DNA of 51,157 nucleotides from assembly GCF_001194135.2 (NCBI RefSeq), contig NC_068981.1, forward strand, positions 189,309,199 to 189,360,355, read 5' to 3'. Under the pieces are notes generated by a model. That model made no database searches. It was not told the origin of the DNA and saw only the letters and a program-made list of their open reading frames with translations. This DNA comes from Octopus bimaculoides. Lineage: Eukaryota. The first letter of the stretch is position 1; each line of letters begins with the position of its first letter. This document shows, piece after piece, positions 36,477-48,885 of this stretch. Position numbers and translations under genes: made by a program.

Positions 36477-36570
36477 CAGGGGGGTGGCGAAAAGTTCCTG
36501 GTTTTTAGGGTATCACAAAAGGCCTGGTTGGAAGCTCACCTTCTGAATTCTTTTATTGGGCTTAGGACCA
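36477..36570 (+). mobile_element. Possible mariner-type 5' terminus stub
   Basis: TA|CAGGGGGGTGGCGAAAAGTTCCTGG resembles mariner TIR starts; no partner end found. Confidence 0.4.
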
Positions 36571-36654
36571 TTTCAATAAGTGTGTAAATCCGAGAGGGGA
36601 ATATATTGAATAAAATCATAATTAACTGATTCTCTTGTATTTTCTTTCACCCAA

Positions 36655-36810
36655 AGCCAGGAACTTTTTGTGGTAAGTAGCTTGCTTACCAAGCACGTGG
36701 TTCTGGGTTCAGTCCCACTACGTGGCACCTTGGGCAAGTGTCTTCTACTATAGCCTCGGGCCAATCAAAGCCTTGTGAGTAAATTTGGTAGACGGAAATT
36801 GAAAGAAGCC

Positions 36811-36881
<71 letters not shown>

Positions 36882-37088
36882 TGTGTCTGTGTTTGTCCCC
36901 CCACCATCACTTGACAGCCAATGCTGGTGTGTTTACGTCCATGTAACTTAGCAGTGCTGCAAAAGAGACTGATGGAATAAGTACTAGGCTTACAAAGAAT
37001 AAGTTTTGGGGTTGATTTGTTCGACTAAAGGCAGGGCTCCAGCATGACCGCAGTTGAATGACTGAAACAAATAAAAGAGTAAAAGAGT
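36655..37088 (+). mobile_element. Full-length SINE family A
   Basis: Head TGTGGTAAGTAGCTTGCT...GGGTTCAGTCCCAC, CORE-like CCTTGGGCAAGT, internal (TA)(GT) tract, tail AAAAGAGTAAAAGAGT. Confidence 0.9.
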
Positions 37089-37471
37089 GACAGAGCCCCT
37101 TGTGAAATCTGCTGGATCAAACAACTGCATACTCATAATTAAAACCATGGAGATCCATTCATTGCTTTGGTGTTGTTTAGTCTCAGGTCAATCCTGATCT
37201 TAATCAAATAGCCATGACAACACTGTCCATTCCATATTTGGGATTATGCAATGTGTAATTTTTTTCCACATGAATTTAGAAAATTTCGCTGCTATTTCTA
37301 GCAGGTTGAACAGCCATGTAGAAATTTCCTTTTCATTGTGTTTATTGGATGACGTAGCCCTGGAATGTCTTTTCTCTTAGACCTGGTCATTAGGGGTGCT
37401 GAACAACATGTTTAAAACAAGTGAAATTTCAGAGACTCTTCATTTCCATTTCTCTATATTTCTGATAGCCA

Positions 37472-37856
37472 TACGCTTTTACGCTTTTAAATGTTTCAGT
37501 CATTTGACTGTGGCCATGCTGGAGCACCGCCTTTAGTTGAGCAAATCGACCCCAGGACTTATTCTTTGTAAGCCTAGTACTTATTCTATCGATCACTTTT
37601 GTCGAACCGCTAAGTTACGGGGACGTAAACACACCAGCATCGGTTGTCAAGCGATGTTGGGGGGACAAACACACACACACATATACATATATACGACGGG
37701 CTTCTTTCAGTTTCCGTCTACCAAATCCACTCACAAGGCTTTGGTTGGCCTGAAGCTATAGTAGAATGCACTTGGCCAAGGTGCCACGCAGTGGGACCGA
37801 ACTCGGAGCCATGTGGTTGATGAGCAAAGTACTTACCACAAAGCCACGTCTGCACC
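37472..37856 (-). mobile_element. Full-length SINE family A, inverted relative to 36655
   Basis: Collinear with the 19413 and 50698 copies. Confidence 0.9.
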
Positions 37857-39259
37857 TATGATATATAAATATATCATCATCATCATTATTTAATGTATGT
37901 CTTCCAATCTGGTATGGGTTGGATGGTCTCACAGGAGCAGCATGCTACAACTGATTCCTTTCCTCTCAAAACATTTGCACCTTGTCATACATGCACACTG
38001 ATGTTGCACATCCATCGGACCATATTAGCTTCATTCCTCTCCAGTCTATTCATGTTGTTTACATTGAGAGCACACTTCTCACTACCATGGAGTACAGGTG
38101 TTCATACACAGGCATCATGCATCATGCAGTCTGTCTATCACTGAGAGAGAGGCCTTCCTCCATCCAATTCTTAGTCTAGTAACAATACTTTCATATATAT
38201 GTATGAGTGTGGGTGGTTGGGTGGGTGTGTGCTTGGGGTTGGTGCATGTGACTAAGAAATGCACTTCGCAATCACATGGTTTCGGGTTCAGTATCACTGC
38301 ATGAGACCATGGGCCTTTTGCTACTTCTCTGAACCAACCAAAACCTTGTGAGTGGATCTGGTAGAGAGAAAGTGAAAGAAGCCTGTCATATGTATATACA
38401 CAAACACAGACAGAGACTCACACACACACACATACACATTAAAATATTTAATATTTAAAAAATTAATTTAAAAACAATGCAATGTTATTCTCTAAGTTCA
38501 TTAGTTTGTTCTAACCATTTTAGCCTTGCCCATTCTGGAGTACTACCCCCAAATTTACCAATCTATAATTAAATACCTTCTGAGACATAGTTGTTGTAGC
38601 TTACATTGAAGCAAAATCTTTGATCTGAGACTTATAAAATTAAATATGTCAAATATTAATGCAAGTTCTTTCTTGTTTAGTGGATTACCAGTGTATAATA
38701 CCTTACTTAATTTCGTTAAGTGGAATACATTTTCAGAAAATATATTAAGATTAGAAATTACTTTTGGATTTTTGTATCTTAATAACTGAACTATTTATTT
38801 ATCTATTCTGTTTGTAATGGATTTCAAGAGAATAATTGTTATTTTATGTCAATTTCTTATAGGTAAAAAAAAAAAAAAATTAAATGTGAATATAATTTTG
38901 TTTCATATTTCATAACTAAAAGATGAATGACGTCAACAAACAGTCTATAGAATTGTACATATTCTAAGGCAAGTAAATTTATGTGAAAGAATGTTTATCA
39001 TACATAAGAACGCACATATGTACATAGATACAATAGGCACAAGTACAGCTGTCAGATGAGAAGTTTGCTTTCCACCACATAGTTCTGGGTTCAGTCTCAC
39101 TGGGTAAATGTTTTCTGCTATTGCCTTGGGCCAACCAGAGATTTGTGAGTGGATTTGGTTGGTTGACAGAAACTAAAAGAAACCCATCATATGTATGTGA
39201 ATCGTTGGCGAATTTTTTTCCTCCATCTTTCTTTTTTCTTGGACTTTCCTCTGTCTCCT

Positions 39260-39294
39260 GTTTCTGGAGAAGAGCTTTGCTTGAAATGTGAAAC
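39260..39294 (+). ncRNA. Degenerate minimal type-I hammerhead ribozyme in a pyrimidine-rich repeat (about 39195-39385)
   Basis: GTTT-CTGGAGA-A-GAGC-ttt-GCTT-GAAA-TGTG-AAAC: stem I GTTT/AAAC, stem II GAGC/GCTT, core CUGAnGA with A6>G. Confidence 0.5.
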
Positions 39295-39391
39295 CACCTT
39301 TCTTTCCTTACCTGAGCATCTGCTAATACTTTGCATGTACCATGTCCTCATGTTGTTTTTTTCTTGTAATTGTTCTTTGTTTTTTTTTATT

Positions 39392-39429
<38 letters not shown>

Positions 39430-39849
39430 TTTAATCAAAAGATTAAATGTGGTACTTAAAATGTTTGAGGTACCAGAATTTGGTAGGATAAAAACCAAAA
39501 ACAAAATCAAGAGATTTGGTGAATAAAATTTGAAGTTAAGCAACAAAAATTCAATAGGTTATAGCAGTACGTACGTTTCGTACAAGCTCCATTTATTCAT
39601 GTAGTGAGAACACCACAGGATGTACAATGAAAATGTACTCCTCAGCTGCATAATGGAATTTCATTTTAGAAAGTCATTTTGAAGATGTTTGCAAAAACAA
39701 GAGTAAGAGAAGAAAACATACCATCTCGACTATGCTGCTGTTCCACAGACAAGTGAATCAAACAAGAATTTAAAATCTAATTGGAGGGATAGTAGTAATT
39801 TCAAATTGTAGAGATTTAAGCGTTTTCACTCAATAAACACTAGCAACAC

Positions 39850-39924
39850 CTGACCTGGGAATCAAAACTGCGATCCTACCACTGTGAATCTGCTGCCCTA
39901 ACCACTGGGCCATTGCGCCTCCAC
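39850..39924 (-). mobile_element. Isolated tRNA-derived SINE head
   Basis: Reverse complement GGAGGCGCAATGGCCCAGTGGTTAGGGCAGCAG...GTTTTGATTCCCAGG: A-box and decayed B-box, no full cloverleaf or CCA. Confidence 0.7.
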
Positions 39925-40143
39925 TCTTCTCCTGGTACATCAGAACAGAAAACACCAGAAGTATAATCTTCGCTTTGAACTAATGGATTAACAAAAACAA
40001 AACAAAAGGAAGGAAAATAAATGAAAAACACTATGATGCTTTATGTAGTTATGAACAGATATTTAGATAGACTCTTGACTCTTCTAACCTTGGCCTAATG
40101 AAACATTTAGGATGTGATGGCTGGAGGTAGAGAGGGCTGTACC

Positions 40144-40479
40144 CAGTGGTGGACAGGTCAAGTTGCCAGCTTGTCTGATGGCAAGTGGGCCCCTACGCCA
40201 TTAGAATCCATATATGGGGGCCCATGTTAGTATCTAAGGGGCCCATCCCCTCAAGTTTAAGAATTNNNNNNNNNNAAGGGGCCCATCCCCTCAAGTTTAA
40301 GAATTTTTTATTCACTCCTGGAAGAATGCATTAATTATTTCAGCTTGGCTGTGTTTGTAGACAGTTAAAAAGAATACTTAAAAACAAAAAAAAATCAAAT
40401 GATAGCATTGTAGTTGGTTAAATCACAGGGTCCCCTTAGTCTCCTGGCAACCAACATTTTTAGACCCAGTCTGCCACTG
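40144..40479. mobile_element. hAT-type MITE
   Basis: TIRs CAGTGGTGGACAGG / CCAGTCTGCCACTG (imperfect); perfect 8-bp TSD GCTGTACC (40136-40143, 40480-40487). Confidence 0.85.
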
Positions 40480-41744
40480 GCTGTACCACTACTTGGGTGG
40501 AACTCATTTCAGATCAAATAGTACTCATTTCAGAGCAGCAGGAAATGAAGTGCCTTCCTCATGGACACAGTGTTTCATCCAGCTCCAGAATCAAACCCTT
40601 GGTCTTATAGCTGTGATTCCAAAGCTCCAAACCACAAGGACATGCAAATCAAATTCTTCAGTGGTACCCAACCAACTCAATGGCTTTCAATATAACATTA
40701 CTACTCTGCCTAATGCTTTACACTAGTTTTTAGTATCTCTTCATTTGGTTTATGTTCTCTGATTTAACCAAGATTTCTATTCTACTTCAGCCATTTCTGT
40801 CGATAACAACATTAAATACTTTTGATATCTGAACTTGCTTCAATCTCATTTAAGCTACTTTGCAAATCTAACTTACTCTCCTCGTCTTATTTGGATGCAT
40901 TCACAGCTGGTATAACTTCTTTGATATTCATGGATTATTAGCAGATAAATCAGTGTTTTTCACACATATCCCATGCAATATACCTCTTGGGTGACGAAAA
41001 AAATGAAAAAAGAATCAGGGAAATAACTCAAATAGCTACATTGCCAATGTTGCTTATTTCTCTTTCTTTCAGCCTTAATGTACTAAAATATTCTAATTTC
41101 ACCAGCTTTTTCCATCTCATGCAAACTGTGAAATCAATATGATAAATTATAGTATGTATTATCCTATTGAAGACAAAGGGAAAAATAATATAAGCATAAA
41201 GAAAAATATTGTCATGAAATATAATAATTTTCTTTCTGACTTCAAAGGATTATCTTTTCTTCGTTCTCCATATATATTTTGATAATAGTTTTGTGTTCAC
41301 CGCCACCATCACCTCCCTTTCCTACACCATCACCTCCACTACTGCCGCCACCGCTGCTGCCACTACCACCACCACCATCAACACCACTACCATTGTTGTC
41401 ATCGATACTACAATAGATTTTCCTTTCCATGCTATCACATGCTAGAACAGTGTGCATCACTACAATGAAATGCCATTTGTCCAATGCTTTAAATATCTCA
41501 CTACTCTCGCATTTCACATATTTTTTTAGTCAGCTATATTTTTTCTTTTTTTCTTTTCTTTTTTTTTCAAATTCTTGAAGTAACATCCATACATTCAACA
41601 CATTATACTTGACTTTATATACTTTACCAATTCCCTGAAAAATCTTGTGCACTCAATGCCCATGTCACATATATTCTGTAGTTTCACACACACACACTTT
41701 ACATGTGTTTCATGTGAGAGAAAGAGAGAGAAAACCATGGCTAC

Positions 41745-41747
41745 AAA

Positions 41748-41781
<34 letters not shown>

Positions 41782-41806
41782 GTCATCATCGTCATCATCA
41801 TCATCG

Positions 41807-41861
<55 letters not shown>

Positions 41862-42115
41862 TTAACATCAGCTTTCCACGCTGCTGATACGGATTAGATG
41901 GTTTGACCAGAGCTGGCTGGTTGGAGAGCTGCACCTGGATCCAATTGTCTGTTTTAGCTTGGTTTCTATAGCTGGATGCCCTTCCTAATGCCAACCACTT
42001 CATAGAGTGTACTGCATGCTTTTTTTTTAAAGTGGCGCCAGCACAGATGCTTTATATCTGGCACCAGCATGTGTGCTTTTCACATGGAACCAGCAGCCAT
42101 GAGCTTGCCATACTA
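41745..42115 (-). mobile_element. SINE family C with an expanded (GAT)n tail (41745-41861)
   Basis: About 39 CAT/CGT units, then TTTAACATCAGCTTTCCA...TTTCTATAGCTGGATGCCCTTCCTAATGCCAACCAC. Confidence 0.85.
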
Positions 42116-44132
42116 CCATTCATCCATTTTCTTACAACTGTCAATAGCAGCTTCTTTAATCCATTCCTTTATCTATAATCTCATCTTTTATTCTTTCCCT
42201 AAAACCATCTTTAGTACTAAGGAAACATCTTGTTAATAGTAATAAACTGCAATAATAATATAAAAAACTGATATAAAAGATTTGTTAATCATTTAAGTAT
42301 TATGGTTTCATTTTGGTTTGAGAATATTATCTTTTTTCTGTTCTTTCACTGATTTCAGTCAACAGAATGTGGCCACGCTGGGACGCTGTCTTTAAGAATT
42401 TTAGTCTGTCTTATCAACTACAGTACTTATTTTAGTCTGGTAGTTGCTTTATTGATATCTGCTTATTGAACAGCTAAGTTATTCTTTGACTTAAAGGGCC
42501 ACAGTTTAACTCACTGGTTTACATTAACGAACATAGACATAAATATCTGTATTATTCTTTCTTCTTGCCATCATCAAAGCATTGCCATTAATTTCATTAA
42601 TATGCTGCTGTTAGTGTTGTTGTGGTTATCATTATTGCTGTGTCATTGTTTAACCTCATTGAGCTGACTGCTAATCAAAGACTTTCCAGGTGTGACCATC
42701 CCATCTTTCAGTATGCCAGAGCTTTTTTATCCTATGTGTCCATCACTTTTTAAGAAAGTATGGAGTGATCTGGAGGAATATTATTCCTATTAGGTCAAGC
42801 AATGACATACAGTCTCCCTTGCTGGTTTATTTTCACCGATAGATTTAAAGTTGGTGATGATGGTTGCAATTTTGTGGAGGGTGGGATGTAGCCAGCTGAA
42901 TCCATCTCGGTACCCTTTCCAGCAACATTAGACATAAGAGGCAGCCAACTGAAACGGGTTTTAAACTCAGAATGTAATGAAAACTAACTATTACAAGTAT
43001 TTACACCTCCACTATATAGTTTCTGTGTATCTAGAAGTGCTATTGCAACGGTTCCCAGATGTTTGAAATATTTCTATTTTTGAAATGATGTGTGTGACTG
43101 GCGAGTGTTGTGGATTTACTGTGCTTCTCACATCTAAAAGAATTGAGATGCGTAGTGTATCACTGTTTAAAGTTTATAGTTGACCTTTTATACATGGTTG
43201 TAGAATTATGTAATGTGTTGAGGATGGTACACTTATAAATTACATTAGACCTTCTGCAACAGGTTGTGTATGTATGTGTGTGTGCATGTAATGTGTGGGT
43301 GCATGTGCTTATATTAATATATACTTCTTTCTTTCTCTTTCTGATTCCTCAGCCCCCCCCCCCACTATCACATTAGCCAGTACAATAAACACCTCTGTCT
43401 ATTTTTAGAAACTTGACCACTATATTTTATTATTCCTCCCTTCCATTTTTGAGGTTTAATGCAGTTCCATTATAATGTACAAGGGGACCACATTAGCAGA
43501 ACCATCGATGCATTGGAAATATCACTCTATCACTCTGCAGTATTTATTCCAGTTGTCCGCATTCCTGTTTCAAATAGAGCCAAGATAAACTGTACCTTTC
43601 ATTTATTGGGGAATCAATAAAATAAAGTACCAGTCAAGTACCGAGGTCAGTGCAGTCAACTAAACCATCTCAAAATTGTATACTTTGTGCCTAAATTTGA
43701 AATACTTACAATGCATTTTACCAGTCATCAAACATCTGCAACAACACTTAAGCAATGCTTTTCCTGAAGAGACTTGATTGGTGTGAAACATGTTCAGAGT
43801 TGTCACCTATTGACAAAGAGCAATTTCATTCCCTTCTGCATCACAATTTTAATTAATTTTAATTAGATTCTGAGGATTGTTATCCCTGTCATTCTTGGTT
43901 AAATTTGGTCATTGAGATAATTAATACTTCTTGTTACTATGGGCATAAGATTGATTAATTAAATTTTCTTGACTTGCTAAACTAATTAAGAAGTGTCTAC
44001 TTTGCTAACTGTTTCCATGCAGCAGCTGCAGTCTTTTATTAATCACTATCTCATGACTATGTTTTGCGTTGCTCTCTTGTCCATCTTCAGTATGTTTTGA
44101 CTTTATATAGGTATGTGTGTGTGTGTGTGTGT

Positions 44133-44180
<48 letters not shown>

Positions 44181-45384
44181 ATGTCTGTGTGCACGTGCAT
44201 AAGCACTCATTTCTGAGTACCCTGCATTGTATAGCAGAAACAGCTGTAAGCTCGTGAACGATTGGCAGTTTGTGTTGGTGGCAGTTCACTGTGAGCCTTT
44301 TGATATAGAGCATTCAGTCTCATGTAATTGTAATAGTAGAGTGTCATGTATATACTTTCTTTCCTCCTATGCATCGTTATCGTATATATCAAATACAAGG
44401 ATATAAATATATATNNNNNNNNNNNNNNNNNNNNNNNNNNNNNNNNNNNNNNNNNNNNNNNNNNNNNNNNNNNNNNNNNNNNNNNNNNNNNNNNNNNNNN
44501 NNNNNNNNNNNNNNNNNNNNNNNNNNNNNNNNNNNNNNNNNNNNNNNNNNNNNNNNNNNNNNNNNNNNNNNNNNNNNNNNNNNNNNNNNNNNNNNNNNNN
44601 NNNNNNNNNNNNNNNNNNNNNNNNNNNNNNNNNNNNNNNNNNNNNNNNNNNNNNNNNNNNNNNNNNNNNNNNNNNNNNNNNNNNNNNNNNNNNNNNNNNN
44701 NNNNNNNNNNNNNNNNNNNNNNNNNNNNNNNNNNNNNNNNNNNNNNNNNNNNNNNNNNNNNNNNNNNNNNNNNNNNNNNNNNNNNNNNNNNNNNNNNNNN
44801 NNNNNNNNNNNNNNNNNNNNNNNNNNNNNNNNNNNNNNNNNNNNNNNNNNNNNNNNNNNNNNNNNNNNNNNNNNNNNNNNNNNNNNNNNNNNNNNNNNNN
44901 NNNNNNNNNNNNNNNNNNNNNNNNNNNNNNNNNNNNNNNNNNNNNNNNNNNNNNNNNNNNNNNNNNNNNNNNNNNNNNNNNNNNNNNNNNNNNNNNNNNN
45001 NNNNNNNNNNNNNNNNNNNNNNNNNNNNNNNNNNNNNNNNNNNNNNNNNNNNNNNNNNNNNNNNNNNNNNNNNNNNNNNNNNNNNNNNNNNNNNNNNNNN
45101 NNNNNNNNNNNNNNNNNNNNNNNNNNNNNNNNNNNNNNNNNNNNNNNNNNNNNNNNNNNNNNNNNNNNNNNNNNNNNNNNNNNNNNNNNNNNNNNNNNNN
45201 NNNNNNNNNNNNNNNNNNNNNNNNNNNNNNNNNNNNNNNNNNNNNNNNNNNNNNNNNNNNNNNNNNNNNNNNNNNNNNNNNNNNNNNNNNNNNNNNNNNN
45301 NNNNTATATGCATATATATGTGTATATGCACATATATATATGTATACATATATCTATCTATCTATCTATCTATCTATTTATATA

Positions 45385-45615
45385 CATGCATATATGGGTA
45401 CAGGGCGTCACCAACAGTAAACAACATGAAATACCAAAGCAAATGAGTTCAATACGCAAACAGAGAGAGAAACAAATGGAAAACAGGATCAGGTAACATA
45501 AAGAACGACCCTTCGTCAGTTGTCGGCTGTCTATCTACTCCTCATTTCAAGCATTGAACAACAATATGAGTCTTCGAAGACAGTTGCTCCCATAAGTACC
45601 AAAATTAAATTTTGT
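45385..45615 (-). repeat. Dispersed repeat family F
   Basis: AACATAAAGAACGACCCTTCGTCAGTTGTCGGCTG and ACAGTTGCTCCC are reverse complements of the 3254-3543 motifs. Confidence 0.65.
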
Positions 45616-45621
45616 GTATCT

Positions 45622-45800
45622 TTTTACTCTTTCTCACATTTCAGTCATTTGACTGCAGCCATACTGGAGCATTCATTGCCTTTAGTCAAAGGAATCGGAC
45701 CAAAGATTTATTCCTTGAAAAACTTTGTACATATCCTATCAGGCTTTTTCACCAAACCATTAAGTTATGGGGACATAAACACACCAGCATCTGTTATCAA
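45622..45800 (-). mobile_element. SINE family A 3' half, diverged
   Basis: TTTCAGTCATTTGACTGCAGCCATACTGGAGCA...AAGTTATGGGGACATAAACACACCAGCATC. Confidence 0.75.
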
Positions 45801-46077
45801 CACAGTACTTCTTGATACACCAAACATTTCGGCTGTTTTTGTTATGTTAGCGCCTGCCATATGAGCACCAACAATTTGACCTCTTTGATAGTCCAATAGA
45901 TCTGTCATTTTAATGAATTTTAATTAGCTTTTACTGATGATATCTGAAAAAAACAGCAATTTTAGCAAAATATATTAAGCAACACTAATAATAAATCAAA
46001 AAACATAAAAATAAAAAGCTTTTGATGGTTTTATAAATATTTCAAAATTATGATGCTTCCATTATTTAGCCCAACTC

Positions 46078-46157
<80 letters not shown>

Positions 46158-47774
46158 TCATCATCATCATCATATATCTATGTATATGGAGTAATTTCGG
46201 TATTGAACTGAGTTTTTAACTTTATAATTTTGACAACAGAAAATTAATTGCAGCTGCGACAGGATCCCTTCCTCTGCCACCTTCTTTCCTCATGCAGTTT
46301 TAATGGTAACAACACCATAAGCTGTAGAGGTTTAAGGAATAATTAGCGAGTAATGTAATTAATAGGAATGATTGGGTGTGCAATGTTAAACTTGCAGAAG
46401 CGGTTGAATGCAGGTGAACTGAGAAGAGCATTAACACATTGTCTGCTGTGTGCAGTTGATGTGATTACTACATTTACAGACATTTAATGGAAATGTATGA
46501 TCATGCTAAACGAAAAATAAAAGTATTTTTTGTCTATTCTTCATCACGTTTAACTATTTTATATTTTACTTCAAAAAGGAAAAAACAATGTATAATAGAC
46601 GTCTTATGTCTTTTCTTTTTTGGTTTCCTATTTAATTTACCTGTTAATAAATAAGTTTTCCTAGAGACATCTCCTCCTCTCTGCATCATGCCTTTTATCA
46701 AAAAATAATTTATCTATTGTTCTTCCAATTATTTGCTAATGTCTGACCTAGTGCATGTAGTGAATTCTGACTTCTGTGATTTTGTTAGTTGCCAACAAAT
46801 AATTTTCATGGAAGATGCAAAGAAAAAAGAACAGAAACAATAATGTTTATACCAACTTTTGACACCAACCTATCTTATATGATACAAATTTCCTGTCTTT
46901 TTGTTATTTTTAAAAAAGATGTAATCTACATTAAAATCTTCCAATGTTGATAATTTATTTACCGAACATGCTCCTCTCCTCCTCTCTTCTCCCTCCCTTC
47001 CCTCCGTCTCCTTCTCCCCCCTCCTCCTTCCATTNNNNNNNNNNNNNNNNNNNNNNNNNNNNNNNNNNNNNNNNNNNNNNNNNNNNNNNNNNATAGCCAC
47101 CACCATCATCACTACCACCATCACCAATACCACTGGCCACTACCACCACCACCACCAATTTCTATCAAAATTTCATGTTATGTCCAGCAGCTTGGTTTCG
47201 TAAGGTAGGAGATGATACAAAATTATTGGGAGGATATTTTGGTTGGAAGTTTAATTTGGATCACTTTTAAATAGGAAGTTTGTTTCATAAAACCAGGTGC
47301 AGTCACAGACAGATTAGTATTAAAAGGGTTAACAGAAATTGGACAAACGTCAGAAGAGGAAGTAAAGGATGTGAAAGAGAAAATGGATTATGTACACTGA
47401 AGATAAAATGTTGTAGTTATCATCATTGTTTAATTTTCGATGCTTGCATGAATAAGATGGAATTGCCAAGGCAGATTTTCATTGCTGGGCCCCCTTCCTG
47501 TCACCAACCTTCACTTATTTCATAGCAAGGTAATATTTACTTACAGAAAACAGGAAATTATTGACATCACTTGTATGTGGTATCATTTACAATCATCACA
47601 TGATATCTAGACAAGGGTACACACACACACACACTCATATACATATATACATAATACATACATACATATATATATCAGCGTTTATCACTATATATTAACT
47701 AGACTACCCATGATTCATTGGGTCACTGGGAAACTCTGAGTTTCCCAGCAACAGAGTTTTGTTTCATGGGTTGG

Positions 47775-47893
47775 AAAGATTTGTCTGCTATTTCTTGCAG
47801 ACCCTGCTACCATGTAACAGGTATATCAGGTCCTTTATTGCAAATAGCTGTTATATGGTAGCAGAGCATGCTAGAAATAGCAGACAAATCTTT
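47775..47893. repeat. 119-bp palindrome built from motif D
   Basis: 46-bp arms AAAGATTTGTCTGCTATTTCT(T/A)GCA...CTGCTACCAT(G/A)TAACAG, about 41/46 matching by hand count, 27-nt loop. Confidence 0.75.
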
Positions 47894-48504
47894 GGAGGGG
47901 AGATGCGTTGAATGCACTAGAAAAAAACTTTTTCACACAGAGGTTACAAACAGGTCTCTTACAAAATGTCTATCATATTTTAAAAGTCATTTTCACTTTA
48001 AAATATTTTTTAAATATGCCCAAAAAATTTTCATAATGGTATTCACTTGAAAATAATTTTAAAAACCATTAAAATATTGTCTGTTTAAAGAAAGCTAAAA
48101 CATCCATACTTACTGTACAAACAGCTTACATTTTTGAAATCACATTCACTTAAAAATATTTGTGAATGATTAAAATATTGTGTTTAACAAAAGCGAAGAT
48201 AGAAATTGTAGAAAAAAATCTTTTCCTTTTTCATTGTCAACTCACTGTCTAATAGAAAGATAAGAGTTACTTCCCTTTCAGGATGAAGATTGTTTTCGGA
48301 ACATTTTCCCATTATGCACCGTTATGGATATTTATACCCCGAAAATCTATATCATTTTGAAAACTACTTTACCGATTTATGCAAAACTTGTTTCATTCAA
48401 TTCATTTTAACATTTCAGGGTAAACTTAATTCATGGTATTTTTCCATTATGCGCCAGTTTCAAGCAAGCAAGATTAAAACTGACTTTTAATGTACTATAG
48501 ACAA

Positions 48505-48670
48505 CCACTCTTTGAGTGGTTGGCACTAGGAAGGGCATCCAGTTGTAGAAACCATGCCAAATCAGATAGGAACCTAATACAGCACCCCCACCACCAGCTT
48601 ACCAGTTTGCAGTCAAACTGTCCAACCCATGCCAGCATAGAAAACGAACGTTAAATGAAGATGATGATGA
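48505..48670 (+). mobile_element. SINE family C 3' part
   Basis: GGTTGGCACTAGGAAGGGCATCCAG...CAACCCATGCCAGCATAGAAAAC...TAAATGAAGATGATGAT. Confidence 0.8.
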
Positions 48671-48719
48671 TTATTATAATACACACACACATACACACAC
48701 ACACACGCATGCACATGTA

Positions 48720-48885
48720 TGGGGAGCTTTCAGATTCTGTCAACTAAATCCACTGACAAGGCTTTGGTCAGCCCAGGACAATTGTAGAAGACACTTGCCC
48801 AAAGTGCCGTGCAGTGGGACTGAACCTGAAACTACATGGTTGCAAAGCAAATTTCTTAATCACACAGTCATGTCTGTGCTTATGT
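48720..48885 (-). mobile_element. SINE family A head, CpG-decayed
   Basis: CAAGGCTTTGGTCAGCCC...GAAGACACTTGCCCAAAGTGCC.TGCAGTGGGACTGAACC. Confidence 0.8.

Noticed and set aside
39850-39924. tRNA gene
   Set aside because: tRNA-like A/B boxes only; no complete cloverleaf. This and similar heads are SINE 5' ends.
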